A DNA stretch of 64,000 nucleotides from Fidelibacterota bacterium (GTDB taxonomy: Bacteria; Fidelibacterota; Marinisomatia; Marinisomatales; TCS55), in assembly GCA_965249165.1 (NCBI GenBank), contig OZ252221.1:945347-1009346 (forward strand). The letters are read 5' to 3'. The first letter of the stretch is position 1. The number at the start of each line of letters is the position of its first letter. This document shows positions 10,434 through 22,188 of this stretch, piece by piece. The notes under the pieces were generated by a model. The model saw only the letters and a program-made list of their open reading frames with translations, searched no databases and was not told the DNA's origin. The translations under genes were made by a program, and so were the position numbers.

Positions 10434-12751
10434 AACATCCCCGGGAATTAAAACAAGTATTTCCCTATTGGGAGGTTACTAAAGACCTTATCGATCAATG
10501 TATTGACATAATGCTTAATCTACGGCAGAGCGGCCATCCCGGCGGATCCCGATCTAAAGTCCACGGCTTGATTGTAACAATGTTCTCCGGTGCCATGCGT
10601 TGGGACATTCGCGAGGCCGGCAAACGCTTTGCAGACCGTTTTGTATTGGTGGCTGGCCATACAAATCCAGTAGTGTATGCAACCTTGGCGGTATTGAATG
10701 AAGCATTACGGATTAAATACAGACAAACCAGGGATAGTAAATATGAACATACTAAAGGTGTAGATTTTCAATTGGTGTGGGAAGATCTGTTAACGCTGCG
10801 GCGCAGTGGCGGCTTACCAGGCCACGCCGAAATGGAAGGAAAAACACTTTTTTTCAAATTTAATACCGGTCCCAGCGGTCATGGCTCGCCCCCGGCCGCC
10901 GGAGAGGCCCTGGCTTTAAAACTTGCTCATGTACCAGAAGTTAAGGTCTTTGCTTTTGAGGGCGAGGGTGGTTTTTCCACTGGGGCGACCCACGAAATGA
11001 TGAATTCCGCGTGGGGACTTGGGTTAGGTAATCTGATTTATTTTATGGATTGGAATGATTTTGGAATAGATGACCGACCATTCAGCTCCATTATGTATGG
11101 AACGCCAGAGGACTGGTTTGGCTCCCACGGCTGGTATGTAACCGGGACTATGGATGGTGAAGATTGGGCATCATTGACTACAGCATATTATAGACTACTG
11201 GTTGCAGATGCCAAACCCGATCAACCCAAAGTGTTGTATGCCAGAATGCGTAAAGGGCGGGGTTACTATAAATATGATAATGCCAGTCATGGTTCTGCCC
11301 ATAAGCGAAATTCAGGATTGTTTTGGCAGACCAAAAGCGATTTTGCTAAAAAATATAATGTTGAATTTGAACACCATGGCAGTGTAGCTCCGGATACATG
11401 GGATGGCCAGCTCAATCAAGCTCGGTCAATGTTTGCAACGGTATTTTCAGTGCTGAAGACCAATCAGAAACTGGTGGATTACTTGGCAGATACACTGGTA
11501 GAAATTGGTGATAGCGTCCCCGATAGATTGGATCGTTGCCGCATTTCTGATGCAAATCCGGCCCTGGATAAGCACATTTTTAATGTGAATGAGTTACCAT
11601 CTGAACTGTTTGCTGCTCCGGAGGAAAAAGTACCAAACCGGGTGGGGTTCTCCAAATATGCCAGTTACATCAACTCCATGGTGGAGCAAAAATATGGTCG
11701 GCCGCTGGTCATTGCTATGAGTGCAGACCTAGCCGATTCAACGAACATTTCCGGGTTTGCGCAAGGCTGGTCCGGCCGTAAAGATTATGGTCTGTATAAT
11801 AAAGACTCGAATCTGGACAGCCCCCTAATGCCCCAGGGCATTACAGAATTTACTAATTCCGGTATGTTGGCGGGATTGGCTACTGTGAATTTCAGCGATG
11901 ATCCGTACACCAATTTCAACGGATTCTACGGTGCGATGAGCACATATGGCTCTTTCAGTTATTTGAAGTATGGCCCCATGCGATTATTCAGTCAGATTGC
12001 TCAGGATTCTGATCTGAAAATTGGCAAAATCATCTGGGTGGCCGGTCATTCCGGGCCCGAAACAGCTGAAGATAGTCGCACCCATTTTGGAATATTTGCG
12101 CCTGGAGTCACCCAGCTATTTCCGGAGGGACATATAGTAAATATTCACCCCTGGGAGCACAATGAGGTTGCCCCGGCATTAGCGGCGGCACTCAATACGG
12201 ACATACCCATTATCGGGTTGCATTTGACCCGACCCCCAGTGATGATACCTGATCGGAATGCTCTGGGCATGGCTTCTCATTTGGATGCAGCCAAAGGAGC
12301 CTATATCATTAAAAATTACGATAGTGACAAACCAAAGGAAGGTTTAGTCATCGTCCGGGGCACCAGTGCCACCAATTCTATTGTGGAATTATTGCCAAGA
12401 TTGCATAATAAAGGGCCAAATGTGAAAATCGTGTCTGCTATTTCCTGGATATTATTTCAGCTCCAGCCGCTGTCCTATCGTAACTCCATAATTGACAGAA
12501 ATGAGTGGCCCGATGCCATGGTTGTTACCAACAGCGCAAAACAGTTGATGTACAAATGGATGGCAAACAAGGTCGTGGAAGTATACTCCTTGTCTTCAGA
12601 TTGGGATAACCGCTGGCGTACTGGTGGATCTGTGGAAGAAATAGTGGATGAAGCTCATTTATCGCCCCATTGGGTCTGGGCGGGTATAAAAAAATTTGCT
12701 ACAGATAGGCCTGAACGACTAGCAACGATGAGCGAGGGGTTGCCCGTATAG
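10430..12751 (+). CDS. Transketolase-family thiamine-diphosphate enzyme (long form, 773 aa)
   Basis: N-terminal SGHPGGS motif, FEGEGGF(S)TG block and a central pyrimidine-binding-like region. ATGA overlap with the uvrA stop. Exact substrate unknown. Confidence 0.6.
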   Translation: MKHPRELKQVFPYWEVTKDLIDQCIDIMLNLRQSGHPGGSRSKVHGLIVTMFSGAMRWDIREAGKRFADRFVLVAGHTNPVVYATLAVLNEALRIKYRQTRDSKYEHTKGVDFQLVWEDLLTLRRSGGLPGHAEMEGKTLFFKFNTGPSGHGSPPAAGEALALKLAHVPEVKVFAFEGEGGFSTGATHEMMNSAWGLGLGNLIYFMDWNDFGIDDRPFSSIMYGTPEDWFGSHGWYVTGTMDGEDWASLTTAYYRLLVADAKPDQPKVLYARMRKGRGYYKYDNASHGSAHKRNSGLFWQTKSDFAKKYNVEFEHHGSVAPDTWDGQLNQARSMFATVFSVLKTNQKLVDYLADTLVEIGDSVPDRLDRCRISDANPALDKHIFNVNELPSELFAAPEEKVPNRVGFSKYASYINSMVEQKYGRPLVIAMSADLADSTNISGFAQGWSGRKDYGLYNKDSNLDSPLMPQGITEFTNSGMLAGLATVNFSDDPYTNFNGFYGAMSTYGSFSYLKYGPMRLFSQIAQDSDLKIGKIIWVAGHSGPETAEDSRTHFGIFAPGVTQLFPEGHIVNIHPWEHNEVAPALAAALNTDIPIIGLHLTRPPVMIPDRNALGMASHLDAAKGAYIIKNYDSDKPKEGLVIVRGTSATNSIVELLPRLHNKGPNVKIVSAISWILFQLQPLSYRNSIIDRNEWPDAMVVTNSAKQLMYKWMANKVVEVYSLSSDWDNRWRTGGSVEEIVDEAHLSPHWVWAGIKKFATDRPERLATMSEGLPV

Positions 12752-12836
12752 TACCCAAAAATTTGACGAGTCCCACTTCATTTTAGTACCTTCCAGGGCT
12801 GTAGAAAGACCATGTTCGATTATTTCATCCTTATTT

Positions 12837-13862
12837 ATGACTGAATACCATATCACAAATCCCATACCGCAAGAAGAGGATATCCTTGTTGAAAAATCTC
12901 TGCGTCCTAATAAATTTGATGAATTTATCGGGCAGCAGGAAGTAGTAAATAATCTTCAATTGTACATTGAAGCGGCGAATAACCGGAATGAATCCCTGGA
13001 CCATGTACTTTTGTTTGGTCCTCCCGGATTAGGGAAAACAACTCTGGCGAATATCATTTCCAAGGAGTTGAACGTCAGTTTGAAGCAGTCTTCCGGCCCT
13101 GTGATGGAACGTGCTGGTGACTTGGCGGGTATTTTGACCAACCTGCAAGGACGAGATGTATTTTTTATTGATGAGATACACCGTTTGAATTCTGTTGTGG
13201 AAGAATATCTTTATTCTGCTATGGAAGATTACCGGATCGAGATCATGATTGATAAGGGTCCCAGCGCCCGCAATGTACAGTTGAATGTGGAACCATTCAC
13301 GTTAATCGGAGCCACAACGCGCTTGGGGAATCTTACATCTCCGCTGCGGGATCGGTTTGGTGTGGTGTTGCGGGTTGATTTTTATAAACTTGATGATCTC
13401 TTTCAGATTATCCAGCGCTCGGCCAACATTTTACAGGTAGCAGTGGATGAACAGGGCACCTGGGAACTGGCTTGCCGAAGCAGAGGTACACCGCGGATCG
13501 CCAACCGTATTTTACGCCGGGCACGGGATTATGCCGAAGTTAAAGCAAATGGGTTGATCGATGTACGAGTAGCAAAAGCAGCACTGGATGGGATGGGGAT
13601 TGATAACCACGGTCTGGATGATATGGATCGTCGCATCTTAACAGCTCTAATCGAACAATTTAACGGCGGCCCGGTGGGAGTCAATTCTTTATCTGTGGCG
13701 GTGAGCGAAGACACCACAACCATTGAGGATGTATATGAACCATACCTGATCAAAGAAGGATTCATTCAGCGCACATCCCGGGGACGCATTGCCCAGGAAA
13801 AGACATTTAAACTGCTAAACAAACCATTTAACCAAGAAACACAACAAAGGTTGTTTAAATGA
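12837..13862 (+). CDS. ruvB: Holliday junction branch migration helicase RuvB
   Basis: [12 protein letters not shown]..., Walker [33 protein letters not shown] sensor block; 341 aa. Confidence 0.96.
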   Translation: MTEYHITNPIPQEEDILVEKSLRPNKFDEFIGQQEVVNNLQLYIEAANNRNESLDHVLLFGPPGLGKTTLANIISKELNVSLKQSSGPVMERAGDLAGILTNLQGRDVFFIDEIHRLNSVVEEYLYSAMEDYRIEIMIDKGPSARNVQLNVEPFTLIGATTRLGNLTSPLRDRFGVVLRVDFYKLDDLFQIIQRSANILQVAVDEQGTWELACRSRGTPRIANRILRRARDYAEVKANGLIDVRVAKAALDGMGIDNHGLDDMDRRILTALIEQFNGGPVGVNSLSVAVSEDTTTIEDVYEPYLIKEGFIQRTSRGRIAQEKTFKLLNKPFNQETQQRLFK

Positions 13863-14911
13863 TAAATAAAAAGAAAAAATTTAAACTGACGGATTTTGAT
13901 TATCCATTGCCAGAAAAATATATCGCTCAGTACCCAGCCAAACGTCGGGACCTGTCCAAACTCATGATCATGGATAAAGAAACGGGAGAACTTGAGCATA
14001 GAATTTTTTCCAATATAACGAAATACTTCAGGAAAGATGATTTACTTATTCTTAACAACACAAAGGTGTTCCCGGCCCGCCTGTATGCCAGTAAAGACCG
14101 TACTGATGCAATAGTAGAAGTGTTTTTGCTCCGCGAATTGGAGAATGAGCTTTGGGAGGTTATGGTGCGCCCGGCCCGCAAGGTGCGGATTGGAAACAAA
14201 CTCATGTTTGCCAAAAATGTGTTTTGCGACGTTATCGATAACACCATCTCCGGCGGCAGAGTTGTCCGTTTTGAATATCCGGGTGATAATTTCTATTCAA
14301 TCATCGATCGTATCGGCACTTCGCCCCTTCCGACTTACATAAAGCGGCCCGCGGAGGCAAAAGATAAAGTCCGCTACCAAACTGTGTACGCTGATGAACG
14401 CGGCGCCGTCGCGGCACCCACTGCCGGGTTGCATTTTACTGCTGGATTGCTCAAACGGCTGGAAGCAAAAGGAGTGAATATTGCCTATGTAACCCTGCAT
14501 ATCAGTTTGGGTACATTCCGCCCGGTTCGGGTAGAAGATCTGAACCGCCACCAAATGGATTCAGAATACTTTGAAGTTAGTCCAAAAACTGCCTTGGCCA
14601 TCAATGAAACAAAACATAAACGCCGCAAAGTATACGCTACAGGTACTTCAACAGTCCGTGCCTTGGAAACAATAGCAGTGTCCGGTTTTCAGGTATCGCC
14701 AAGACGAGGCTGGACGGATAAATTTATTTATCCACCCTACAAATTCCGGATGGTAGATGGTATTATTACCAACTTTCACCAGCCAAAAAGTACCCTACTA
14801 ATGATGATTTCTGCCTTTTGTGACAGGGACAGAATGATGAAAGTATACCGCATCGCTAAAAAGAATAACTATCGCTTTTTAAGTTATGGCGATGCTATGT
14901 TTATCAAATAA
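13859..14911 (+). CDS. queA: S-adenosylmethionine:tRNA ribosyltransferase-isomerase QueA
   Basis: [19 protein letters not shown]..., [23 protein letters not shown] motifs; 350 aa; ATGA overlap with ruvB. Confidence 0.95.
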   Translation: MINKKKKFKLTDFDYPLPEKYIAQYPAKRRDLSKLMIMDKETGELEHRIFSNITKYFRKDDLLILNNTKVFPARLYASKDRTDAIVEVFLLRELENELWEVMVRPARKVRIGNKLMFAKNVFCDVIDNTISGGRVVRFEYPGDNFYSIIDRIGTSPLPTYIKRPAEAKDKVRYQTVYADERGAVAAPTAGLHFTAGLLKRLEAKGVNIAYVTLHISLGTFRPVRVEDLNRHQMDSEYFEVSPKTALAINETKHKRRKVYATGTSTVRALETIAVSGFQVSPRRGWTDKFIYPPYKFRMVDGIITNFHQPKSTLLMMISAFCDRDRMMKVYRIAKKNNYRFLSYGDAMFIK

Positions 14912-15579
14912 TGTCTGATTTACTTCAGGCCGGAGCGGTCATCACCGCAGCTGGATCTGGGGCACGGTTCGGAGAAAAAAAACAGTTCAAACTGCTGAGC
15001 CACCGCCACCTGTTTTTACATACCTTAACTCCTTTTTTGGACTGTACAGATATCCATGAGGTGGTCCTGGTTGTGCCAGCAGAGGACCTGGACAATATAA
15101 CCCGTGAACAGGCCTCATTTACAGTTGCAAAACCGGTCAAAATAGTAGCCGGCGCTCAGCACCGACAAGACTCTGTATTGAACGGTTGCAGGGCATTATC
15201 GGCGGATCTTGCCATCATCGTTGTTCACGATGCTGCGCGGCCTTTTGTCACGCCAGAATTGATCAAAGCCACTATAGATGGATGTATAGACGCTGACGGC
15301 TGTATTGCTGCTTTCCCCGTAAAAGATACGGTGAAGCAAGTGTTCGCTGGTTATATTCAACAAACGATTGACCGCAACACAATTTGGCTGGCGCAGACGC
15401 CCCAAACCTTTCACAGGGAAATGCTGATGAAGGCACTACGGCAGAACACAGGTGCGACCGATGAAGCATCCCTGGTGGAGGCCTTGGGGGGGTATATTCG
15501 GGTTGTAGCAGGACCATTCTCAAATTTCAAGATCACGACCAAAGAGGATTGGAAATTGGCGGAGAAAATGATCATATGA
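14911..15579 (+). CDS. ispD: 2-C-methyl-D-erythritol 4-phosphate cytidylyltransferase
   Basis: ITAAGSGARFG...KQF N-terminal motif, VHDAARPF, KITTKEDW C-terminal block; 222 aa; TAATG overlap with queA. Confidence 0.92.
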   Translation: MSDLLQAGAVITAAGSGARFGEKKQFKLLSHRHLFLHTLTPFLDCTDIHEVVLVVPAEDLDNITREQASFTVAKPVKIVAGAQHRQDSVLNGCRALSADLAIIVVHDAARPFVTPELIKATIDGCIDADGCIAAFPVKDTVKQVFAGYIQQTIDRNTIWLAQTPQTFHREMLMKALRQNTGATDEASLVEALGGYIRVVAGPFSNFKITTKEDWKLAEKMII

Positions 15580-16049
15580 TCAAGACAGGCATCGGTTACG
15601 ATGTTCACCCTCTGACAGCAAGGGAATCGCTCATCATTGGAGGTGTCAAAATCGACAGCCCAAAGGGGTCCGTGGGTCACTCTGATGGGGATGTGCTCCT
15701 TCATGCCATTGTAGATGCATTGTTGGGAGCGTCAAACCTGGGAGACATTGGCCAGCATTTTCCCAGCTCGGACAAGCGATGGAAAGGCAAGGAAAGCATC
15801 TATTTTTTAGCACACACCGCAGGGCTCGTCCGTAATGAAGGGTATGCAATAGACCATATTGATAGCACGGTTATTCTCGAAGAACCAAAACTGGTAGACC
15901 TAGTCCCAGAAATGATCCATAAGATCGCAAATACTCTCCAGGTGGACAAAGCTGCTGTCTCTATTAAAGCCACCACCACAGATAAAATGGGCTTCATTGG
16001 CCGGGGTGAGGGCCTCGGCGCGGTGGCCATCGCTACTGTTTCAAAGTAA
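15576..16049 (+). CDS. ispF: 2-C-methyl-D-erythritol 2,4-cyclodiphosphate synthase
   Basis: IGYDVH...GHSDGDVLLHAIVDALLGA...GDIGQHFP motifs. I chose the ATG at 15576 (ATGA overlap with the ispD stop) rather than the upstream ORF-track start at 15549. Confidence 0.93.
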   Translation: MIKTGIGYDVHPLTARESLIIGGVKIDSPKGSVGHSDGDVLLHAIVDALLGASNLGDIGQHFPSSDKRWKGKESIYFLAHTAGLVRNEGYAIDHIDSTVILEEPKLVDLVPEMIHKIANTLQVDKAAVSIKATTTDKMGFIGRGEGLGAVAIATVSK

Positions 16050-16159
16050 TGATTATCAATAATTGTGCCCTTTTATCATTCCCCCGTTACAGGGAAAAAT
16101 AAGGAAAAGGATCAAATGATCTCCCCAGTTATAGGGAAAAATCAAAGCGGGGTTCAACA

Positions 16160-17005
16160 TTGAATTCATTGTCCCTTAGGTCTCATGCTAAGGTGAATCT
16201 TGGTCTCCAAGTGCTGGGTAAGCGAAACGATGGTTATCATGAACTGCATACTATATTTCAAGAGTTGGAATTCCATGATACTGTTCATATGTCGATAAGT
16301 GACCAGGGATGTGAAATATCGTCCACCGGTCCGGCCTTTCCATTGGATGATTCCAACACGTGTAAAAAAGCGTATACCGCTGTTTGCTCACACTACTCCA
16401 TTGACCAGGGAATCAAAGTGAATATAGAGAAACACATTCCACAGCGATCCGGCCTTGGTGGAGGCTCCAGCAATGGCGCAGCAGTGATCAAGGGGATGAA
16501 TAAATTGTTTGACCTTGCGCTTGCAGCAAATGAAATGGAAACCCTGGCCGCTCCCGTTGGCGCAGATGGTCCTTTTTTCATTAAAGGCAGGACCCAACTA
16601 GGCGAAGGAATCGGTTCAAAACTAACCCCTATTCATCATCTACAAAACTATACTTTTTTATTGATTACCCCGCCTGTTTCCATTTCTACTATCTGGGCTT
16701 ATTCAGCTTTGAAAAAGGATTTGCAGAACAAAGTGAAAAAAGCTAAATTTGCCGACCTTTTAAGAAGGGATCCACTTCCTTTTGAGCTATTTAAGAATGA
16801 TTTTGAACGGATAGTGATTCCAGCACATCCAGAGATTGGTCAGATAAAAGATTCGTTGCTAATGAACGGAGCTCGATATGCCAGTCTGTCGGGTAGTGGT
16901 TCGACTGTGTTCGGAATGTTTGACGAAGAGGCTGCTGCTCGGGTGGCCGAGTCTGTTTTTCCGTCCGACTACCGAACCATCATTACCAGTCCAATTCACA
17001 GCTGA
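16160..17005 (+). CDS. ispE: 4-diphosphocytidyl-2-C-methyl-D-erythritol kinase
   Basis: AKVNLGLQVLGKRNDGYHEL..., GHMP-kinase motif IPQRSGLGGGSSNGAAV; 281 aa; TTG start. Confidence 0.9.
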   Translation: MNSLSLRSHAKVNLGLQVLGKRNDGYHELHTIFQELEFHDTVHMSISDQGCEISSTGPAFPLDDSNTCKKAYTAVCSHYSIDQGIKVNIEKHIPQRSGLGGGSSNGAAVIKGMNKLFDLALAANEMETLAAPVGADGPFFIKGRTQLGEGIGSKLTPIHHLQNYTFLLITPPVSISTIWAYSALKKDLQNKVKKAKFADLLRRDPLPFELFKNDFERIVIPAHPEIGQIKDSLLMNGARYASLSGSGSTVFGMFDEEAAARVAESVFPSDYRTIITSPIHS

Positions 17006-17024
17006 AATCTAATTCAAACACCCT

Positions 17025-17095
17025 TGGGGCGTCGTCTAATGGTAGGACACCGGGTTTTGGTCCCGGCAGTTGGGGTTCGAATCCCTGCGCCCCAG
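17025..17095 (+). tRNA. tRNA-Gln (anticodon TTG)
   Basis: Cloverleaf readable by eye. Acceptor TGGGGCG/CGCCCCA, anticodon stem CCGGG/CCCGG with loop TTTTGGT (anticodon TTG), T-loop GGTTCGAATCC. The 3' CCA is not encoded (sequence continues GCA). Confidence 0.85.
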
Positions 17096-17099
17096 CATA

Positions 17100-18047
17100 A
17101 TGAAAAGAAACAAATTAAAAATATTCACAGGCCGCAGTAATCCGGCACTAGGTCAGGCGATCGCTGATCATCTGGATGCGCCCCTTGGTGAAATTAACAT
17201 TAAAGATTTTGCCGATGGGGAGATCTGGATCAAATTCCAGGAAAATATCCGCAACCAGAATGTTTACATCGTCCAACCCACTAATGGACCAGCTAAAAAT
17301 ATATTAGAGTTGGTACTTATTTTGGATGCAGCGGTGCGAGCTTCAGCAAAAAGTGTGACTGCTGTCATTCCTTATTTCGGCTATGCCCGGCAGGATCGTA
17401 AAGATACTCCACGGGTGCCAATTTCTGCCCGGGTAATGGTTGATATGATTACAGCGGCCGGTGCGAATCGTATCGTTACTATGGATTTGCATTCAACACA
17501 GATTCAGGGCTTTGCCACCATCCCTTTCGATCATTTGTATAGCCGTATGGTACTTTTGGATCATATTAAAGCGTTGGGATTTGATCCGAAAAAATCAGCT
17601 GTGCTTTCACCTGATGTGGGTTCAGCACGTATGAGTCAAGCCTATGCTAAACGTCTGGGGATGCATTTTGCGTTGATTGACAAACGCCGTTATGCCCCGA
17701 ATGAAACAGAAGTCATACATCTCATTGGCGATCTGAAAGCAAAAGATGTGCTCATAATTGATGACATGATCGACACTGCAGGATCCACGGTTAATGCGGC
17801 AAATGCGGCAATGGACAACGGCGCGCAATCGGTTACAGCAGTTGCTACCCATGCATTGCTTTCTCCTCCGGCAGTAGAACGATTGGAAAATTCATCTATT
17901 ACGAAATTAGTTGTAACCGATACTGTAGCGATTCCGGAAGAGAAAAAAATAGCCAACATGCAGATAGTAACAGTCGCCAACATATTTGGTGAAGCTATTT
18001 ACCGTATTCACAAAGGTACATCGGTGAGCTCATTGTTCGAATTTTAA
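17100..18047 (+). CDS. prs: Ribose-phosphate pyrophosphokinase
   Basis: LKIFTGRSNPALGQAIA..., PYFGYARQDRK, DLHSTQIQGF, IIDDMIDTAGS motifs. The start was moved to the ATG at 17100 because the ORF-track start (17070) lies inside the tRNA. Confidence 0.94.
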   Translation: MKRNKLKIFTGRSNPALGQAIADHLDAPLGEINIKDFADGEIWIKFQENIRNQNVYIVQPTNGPAKNILELVLILDAAVRASAKSVTAVIPYFGYARQDRKDTPRVPISARVMVDMITAAGANRIVTMDLHSTQIQGFATIPFDHLYSRMVLLDHIKALGFDPKKSAVLSPDVGSARMSQAYAKRLGMHFALIDKRRYAPNETEVIHLIGDLKAKDVLIIDDMIDTAGSTVNAANAAMDNGAQSVTAVATHALLSPPAVERLENSSITKLVVTDTVAIPEEKKIANMQIVTVANIFGEAIYRIHKGTSVSSLFEF

Positions 18048-18057
18048 AGGAGAAAAA

Positions 18058-18747
18058 ATGGCAGATTATTATCAATTAAACGTCCAAAAAAGAGATGCAG
18101 TGGGTTCTGCAGCTGCCAAAGTGCTGCGACGCAATGGCAGTATACCGGCTAATTATTATTATAAAGATACAGATAATACGAACCTGCTTGTTGATGATAA
18201 GGAACTGTTCCATGCTCTACATTCCGGCCAACGCATATTTGCAGTTGAGCTGGGAGGAGATAAACAATATGTCATGATCAAGGAGATTCAATATCATCCG
18301 GTTACGGATATTGTAATGCATGTAGATTTTATGCGTATCCGCCGCGCGGAAAAAATAACTATTTCCGTTCCCATCCATTTGGAAGGTGATGCTCCGGGTG
18401 TGGTGGAAGGCGGTGTATTATCACAAATCATTATCGCACTGGATATTGAATGCTTACCAATAAATATCCCTGAATTTATACCGCTGGATATTAGCAATAT
18501 GGAAATGAAAAGTAGTGTTTCGGTTGCAGATATCAACATTAGTGGAGAAATAACCATCATCACTGCTTCGGAACAAGTAATCGCTACAATTGCACCACCC
18601 AAAGAAGAGGAAGCACCCAAACTTGAAGAAGTTAAAGGTGAAGAAGGTTTGGTAGAATCTGCAGTCGAAGATAGAGCGGAACCAGCTGCGGCAGTTGGTA
18701 AAGATACTGCCGATGATGGTGAGAAAGGTGCGGAAAACGCTGAATAA
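18058..18747 (+). CDS. rplY: 50S ribosomal protein L25 / general stress protein Ctc (long form)
   Basis: LRRNGSIPANYY...VMIKEIQYHPVTD.IMHVDF block plus an acidic C-terminal tail. It sits in the conserved prs-ctc-pth position. Confidence 0.88.
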   Translation: MADYYQLNVQKRDAVGSAAAKVLRRNGSIPANYYYKDTDNTNLLVDDKELFHALHSGQRIFAVELGGDKQYVMIKEIQYHPVTDIVMHVDFMRIRRAEKITISVPIHLEGDAPGVVEGGVLSQIIIALDIECLPINIPEFIPLDISNMEMKSSVSVADINISGEITIITASEQVIATIAPPKEEEAPKLEEVKGEEGLVESAVEDRAEPAAAVGKDTADDGEKGAENAE

Positions 18748-18749
18748 TT

Positions 18750-19304
18750 ATGAACGCGTTTGTGGGACTAGGAAATCCCGGACCGGAATATGCGAATACA
18801 AAGCACAACGCGGGTTTTTGGGTTGTGGACAAACTGGCGCAACGCTGGTCTATCCAGTTTCAGCCTGGGGAGGGATCCTTTGTCTTTGCTGAAACAACCG
18901 ATCGTACTGTTTTGCTCATGAAACCAACCACCGGGATGAATGCCAGCGGTGTTGCCGTAAAAAAGCTCATCGCTGATAATGATTTGGATATTTCCAAACT
19001 TTATGTAATTGTGGATGATGTGGATCTGCCATTGGGGACACTGCGGATCCGCCCCAAAGGTGGAGATGGCTGTCATCGGGGTGTGGAATCTGTGATCTAT
19101 AGTCTGGGGCAGACCGGATTTCCGCGGTTTCGATTTGGTGTTGCCGCCGCTGATCATAAACGGCCGGCAGAAGAATATGTGCTTAAACCATTTAATAAAA
19201 AGGATCAGTCCACTGCTGATCAGATGGTGCAAACGGCTGCCGATGCTGTGGAATACTGTTTGCGGGAGGGACTGAACCGCACGATGAATGAATATAATTC
19301 ATAA
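18750..19304 (+). CDS. pth: Peptidyl-tRNA hydrolase
   Basis: VGLGNPGPEYANTKHNAGFWV..., MNASG, DDVDLPLGTLRIRPKGG.GCHRG motifs; 184 aa. Confidence 0.94.
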   Translation: MNAFVGLGNPGPEYANTKHNAGFWVVDKLAQRWSIQFQPGEGSFVFAETTDRTVLLMKPTTGMNASGVAVKKLIADNDLDISKLYVIVDDVDLPLGTLRIRPKGGDGCHRGVESVIYSLGQTGFPRFRFGVAAADHKRPAEEYVLKPFNKKDQSTADQMVQTAADAVEYCLREGLNRTMNEYNS

Positions 19305-19313
19305 GGTTAATCA

Positions 19314-21443
19314 TTGGTTACAGATAATTTAATGATGTACGTGAATTTGGCTCTGGCCGCGGGTGTTTTGGCCCTATTTTTCTCCGGTTGGAAAACTGGC
19401 TGGATCAGTAAGCAGGATGAAGGTACAGACAAAATAAAAATGATCGGCGCGAATATTGCGGAAGGAGCCATGGCTTTCCTGAAGGTGGAATACAGGGTGT
19501 TAGCAGTATTTGTAGTAATCGTTGCCGCATTGCTGGCTTATACAAATGCAAGTAATCCAGAATCCAGTTCAATGATAGCTGTATCTTTCATCACCGGGGC
19601 GCTGTGTTCGGGGCTGGCTGGATTTATGGGTATGCGCGTGGCTACAAAAGCAAATTATAGAACAACTAATGCCGCCCAGACCGGTTTAGCGCCGGCATTG
19701 CATGTAGCGTTTACCGGCGGGTCGGTTATGGGTATAGCGGTCGTTGGATTGGGTGTTATCGGTTTAACCGGACTTTTTATTATATACGTGAACCAGGATT
19801 GGATCATTGGCAAGGTATTAAATGTGATTTCCGGTTTTTCTTTGGGGGCTTCATCCATTGCTCTATTTGCGCGGGTGGGTGGTGGTATATATACCAAAGC
19901 AGCTGATGTGGGTGCGGATCTCGTTGGAAAAGTAGAAGCCGGTATCCCCGAGGATCACCCTTTAAATCCTGCCACTATCGCTGATAATGTGGGTGATAAT
20001 GTGGGTGATGTTGCCGGAATGGGTGCCGACCTCTTTGAATCATATGTGGGGTCAATTATTGGCTCGATGGTATTAGGTGCAGTAATGGGATTAAATTTTG
20101 TATTATTACCTTTATACATTGCAGCTGCTGGAATATTAGTATCGATTCTGGGTACATTCATGGTATCTGTAAAAGAAGGTGGGAATCCCCAAAGGGCTTT
20201 GAATCAAGGTGAGTTCGGGAGCTCATTTATTATGATTGGTGTGATCTATTTCTTGATTCAAAATATTCTTCCATCCGATTTTGTTCAAGGTGGAGAAACA
20301 TTTACAAGCATGGGTGTATTCTGGGCAACCGTTATAGGTTTGTTTGCTGGATTGGGAATAGGGCTTATTACTGAGCACTACACCGGAACAGGAACATCAC
20401 CAGTTTTATTTATTACAAAACAATCTTTAACAGGTCCTGCCACAAATATTATTGCTGGATTAGGTGTAGGTATGCAATCCACAGCTATACCAATATTAAT
20501 TTTAGCCACCGCAATAATGGGTGCACATTATTTTGCTGGTCTATATGGCATTGCATTGGCGGCATTAGGCATGCTGGCAAATACGGGAATTCAGCTGGCT
20601 GTTGATGCGTATGGCCCTATTTCTGATAATGCAGGTGGTATCGCTGAGATGGCTGGACTACCTGCAGAAGTTCGTAAACGTACTGATAAACTGGATGCCG
20701 TTGGTAACACTACAGCTGCAATTGGTAAAGGATTTGCCATTGGTTCTGCGGCTCTGACCGCTTTGGCCCTTTTTGCTGCATATATGGTCCAAACTAACAT
20801 GACGGGTATTGATATTGCCAATCCCATGGTCATGGCGGGATTGTTTGTGGGTGGTATGCTGCCTTTTCTCTTTTCATCATTGGCAATGAATGCTGTGGGT
20901 CGCGCGGCCATGGCAATGATTGAAGAAGTACGCCGTCAATTTAGAAATATTCCGGAATTAAAGGCTGCGTTGGATATAATGAAAAATGGCGATGAATCTA
21001 CTTGGTCTGATGAAGATAAAGCTACGTATGAATTAGGATTGACGAAAGCTGAACACGGCCGCTGTGTTGAAATTTCTACACAGTCAGCAATTAAAGAAAT
21101 GGTGTTGCCGGGCATACTTGCAGTTACTTCGCCTGTTTTGGTTGGATTTGTTTTTGGTCCGGAAACTTTAGGAGGACTTTTAGCGGGTGTAACGGTATGT
21201 GGTGTACTTATGGCTATTTTCCAGTCTAATGCTGGAGGAGCCTGGGATAATGCTAAGAAAATGATTGAAGAAGGCGTGGAAGTAAATGGAGTCAGTCTCC
21301 AAAAAGGATCAGATGCTCACAAGGCTGCTGTGGTTGGTGATACAGTTGGTGATCCTTTTAAGGATACTTCCGGTCCGGCTTTGAATATATTAATAAAATT
21401 AATGTCAGTGGTGTCGCTAGTAATCGCACCACTGTTAGTTTAA
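19314..21443 (+). CDS. hppA: Membrane-integral pyrophosphatase (H+/Na+-translocating), K+-dependent subtype
   Basis: 709 aa, about 16 TM. Motifs [56 protein letters not shown]. The Ala in GNTTAA (rather than Lys) is the published K+-dependence determinant. Confidence 0.95.
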   Translation: MVTDNLMMYVNLALAAGVLALFFSGWKTGWISKQDEGTDKIKMIGANIAEGAMAFLKVEYRVLAVFVVIVAALLAYTNASNPESSSMIAVSFITGALCSGLAGFMGMRVATKANYRTTNAAQTGLAPALHVAFTGGSVMGIAVVGLGVIGLTGLFIIYVNQDWIIGKVLNVISGFSLGASSIALFARVGGGIYTKAADVGADLVGKVEAGIPEDHPLNPATIADNVGDNVGDVAGMGADLFESYVGSIIGSMVLGAVMGLNFVLLPLYIAAAGILVSILGTFMVSVKEGGNPQRALNQGEFGSSFIMIGVIYFLIQNILPSDFVQGGETFTSMGVFWATVIGLFAGLGIGLITEHYTGTGTSPVLFITKQSLTGPATNIIAGLGVGMQSTAIPILILATAIMGAHYFAGLYGIALAALGMLANTGIQLAVDAYGPISDNAGGIAEMAGLPAEVRKRTDKLDAVGNTTAAIGKGFAIGSAALTALALFAAYMVQTNMTGIDIANPMVMAGLFVGGMLPFLFSSLAMNAVGRAAMAMIEEVRRQFRNIPELKAALDIMKNGDESTWSDEDKATYELGLTKAEHGRCVEISTQSAIKEMVLPGILAVTSPVLVGFVFGPETLGGLLAGVTVCGVLMAIFQSNAGGAWDNAKKMIEEGVEVNGVSLQKGSDAHKAAVVGDTVGDPFKDTSGPALNILIKLMSVVSLVIAPLLV

Positions 21444-21452
21444 GGAGACACT

Positions 21453-21920
21453 ATGCGATATTATGAAACGTTATATATTCTGAACCCTAATTTCGAGCAG
21501 GAACGGGTAAATTCAATCACTAAGGAAATAGAAGACCAGGTTGGTAAAATCAGCAGTATCATCAATCACAAACCTTGGGGGAAAAAACGATTGGCGTATC
21601 CCGTTGAACAACATAAATATGGAAATTTTATGCTGTTACAATATGAATCAGATGAACCAAGAAGATTAGATGACTTTACTAATTTTATGAAATTGAACAA
21701 TTCAATTTTTCGTTTTCAAACAATTCGGTTGAATGAAAAACCGGAGAAAAGTGAAAGTGATGACACCGTGCCAAAAACGAATATGTCCGTCATGAATAAA
21801 AATGAACAGCGCAAGGAAGATATCACTCCTGATGTCAGCGTGGATGTAAAGGGAGAAAATGCAGAAGAAGCGCAAAAAGTGGCAACGGATGAACCGGCCC
21901 CAGAAGAAACGGCAGATTAA
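21453..21920 (+). CDS. rpsF: 30S ribosomal protein S6 with long acidic C-terminal extension
   Basis: MRYYETLYILNP...WGKKRLAYPV S6 core followed by a roughly 55-aa Glu/Asp/Lys-rich tail. Confidence 0.92.
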   Translation: MRYYETLYILNPNFEQERVNSITKEIEDQVGKISSIINHKPWGKKRLAYPVEQHKYGNFMLLQYESDEPRRLDDFTNFMKLNNSIFRFQTIRLNEKPEKSESDDTVPKTNMSVMNKNEQRKEDITPDVSVDVKGENAEEAQKVATDEPAPEETAD

Positions 21921-21938
21921 TTAAGAGGAGATGTAGAA

Positions 21939-22166
21939 ATGGCATTTATAAGTAGAAAGAAGTTCTGTTATTTCAAAGAAAATGGCATTACGGAAATTGA
22001 TTATAAAAATGTAGTACTGTTACGCCGATTTGTAACTGATCAGGGAAAGATTATGCCCCGCCGAGTGACAGGTACAAGCGCAAAAATGCACCGTAAATTA
22101 ATCAAGGCTATCAAACGGGCTCGTAATATTGCCTTATTGCCTTATTCTAATTTAACGGACAATTAA
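21939..22166 (+). CDS. rpsR: 30S ribosomal protein S18
   Basis: [50 protein letters not shown]; 75 aa. Confidence 0.95.
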   Translation: MAFISRKKFCYFKENGITEIDYKNVVLLRRFVTDQGKIMPRRVTGTSAKMHRKLIKAIKRARNIALLPYSNLTDN

Positions 22167-22188
22167 TACAAACAAGGAATTTACACCC

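Noticed and set aside
17070-17099. The ORF-track start of prs at 17070 (MGFESLRPSI...).
   Set aside because: This extension overlaps the 3' half of tRNA-Gln. The conserved Prs N-terminus begins at the ATG at 17100.
19655-20911. Antisense ORFs inside hppA (19655-19897, 19955-20161, 20591-20911). Similar shadow ORFs occur inside uvrA, ychF, ispD/ispF, pth, prs, queA and the protease gene.
   Set aside because: These are shadow ORFs opposite highly conserved genes with compositionally biased translations. No independent support.
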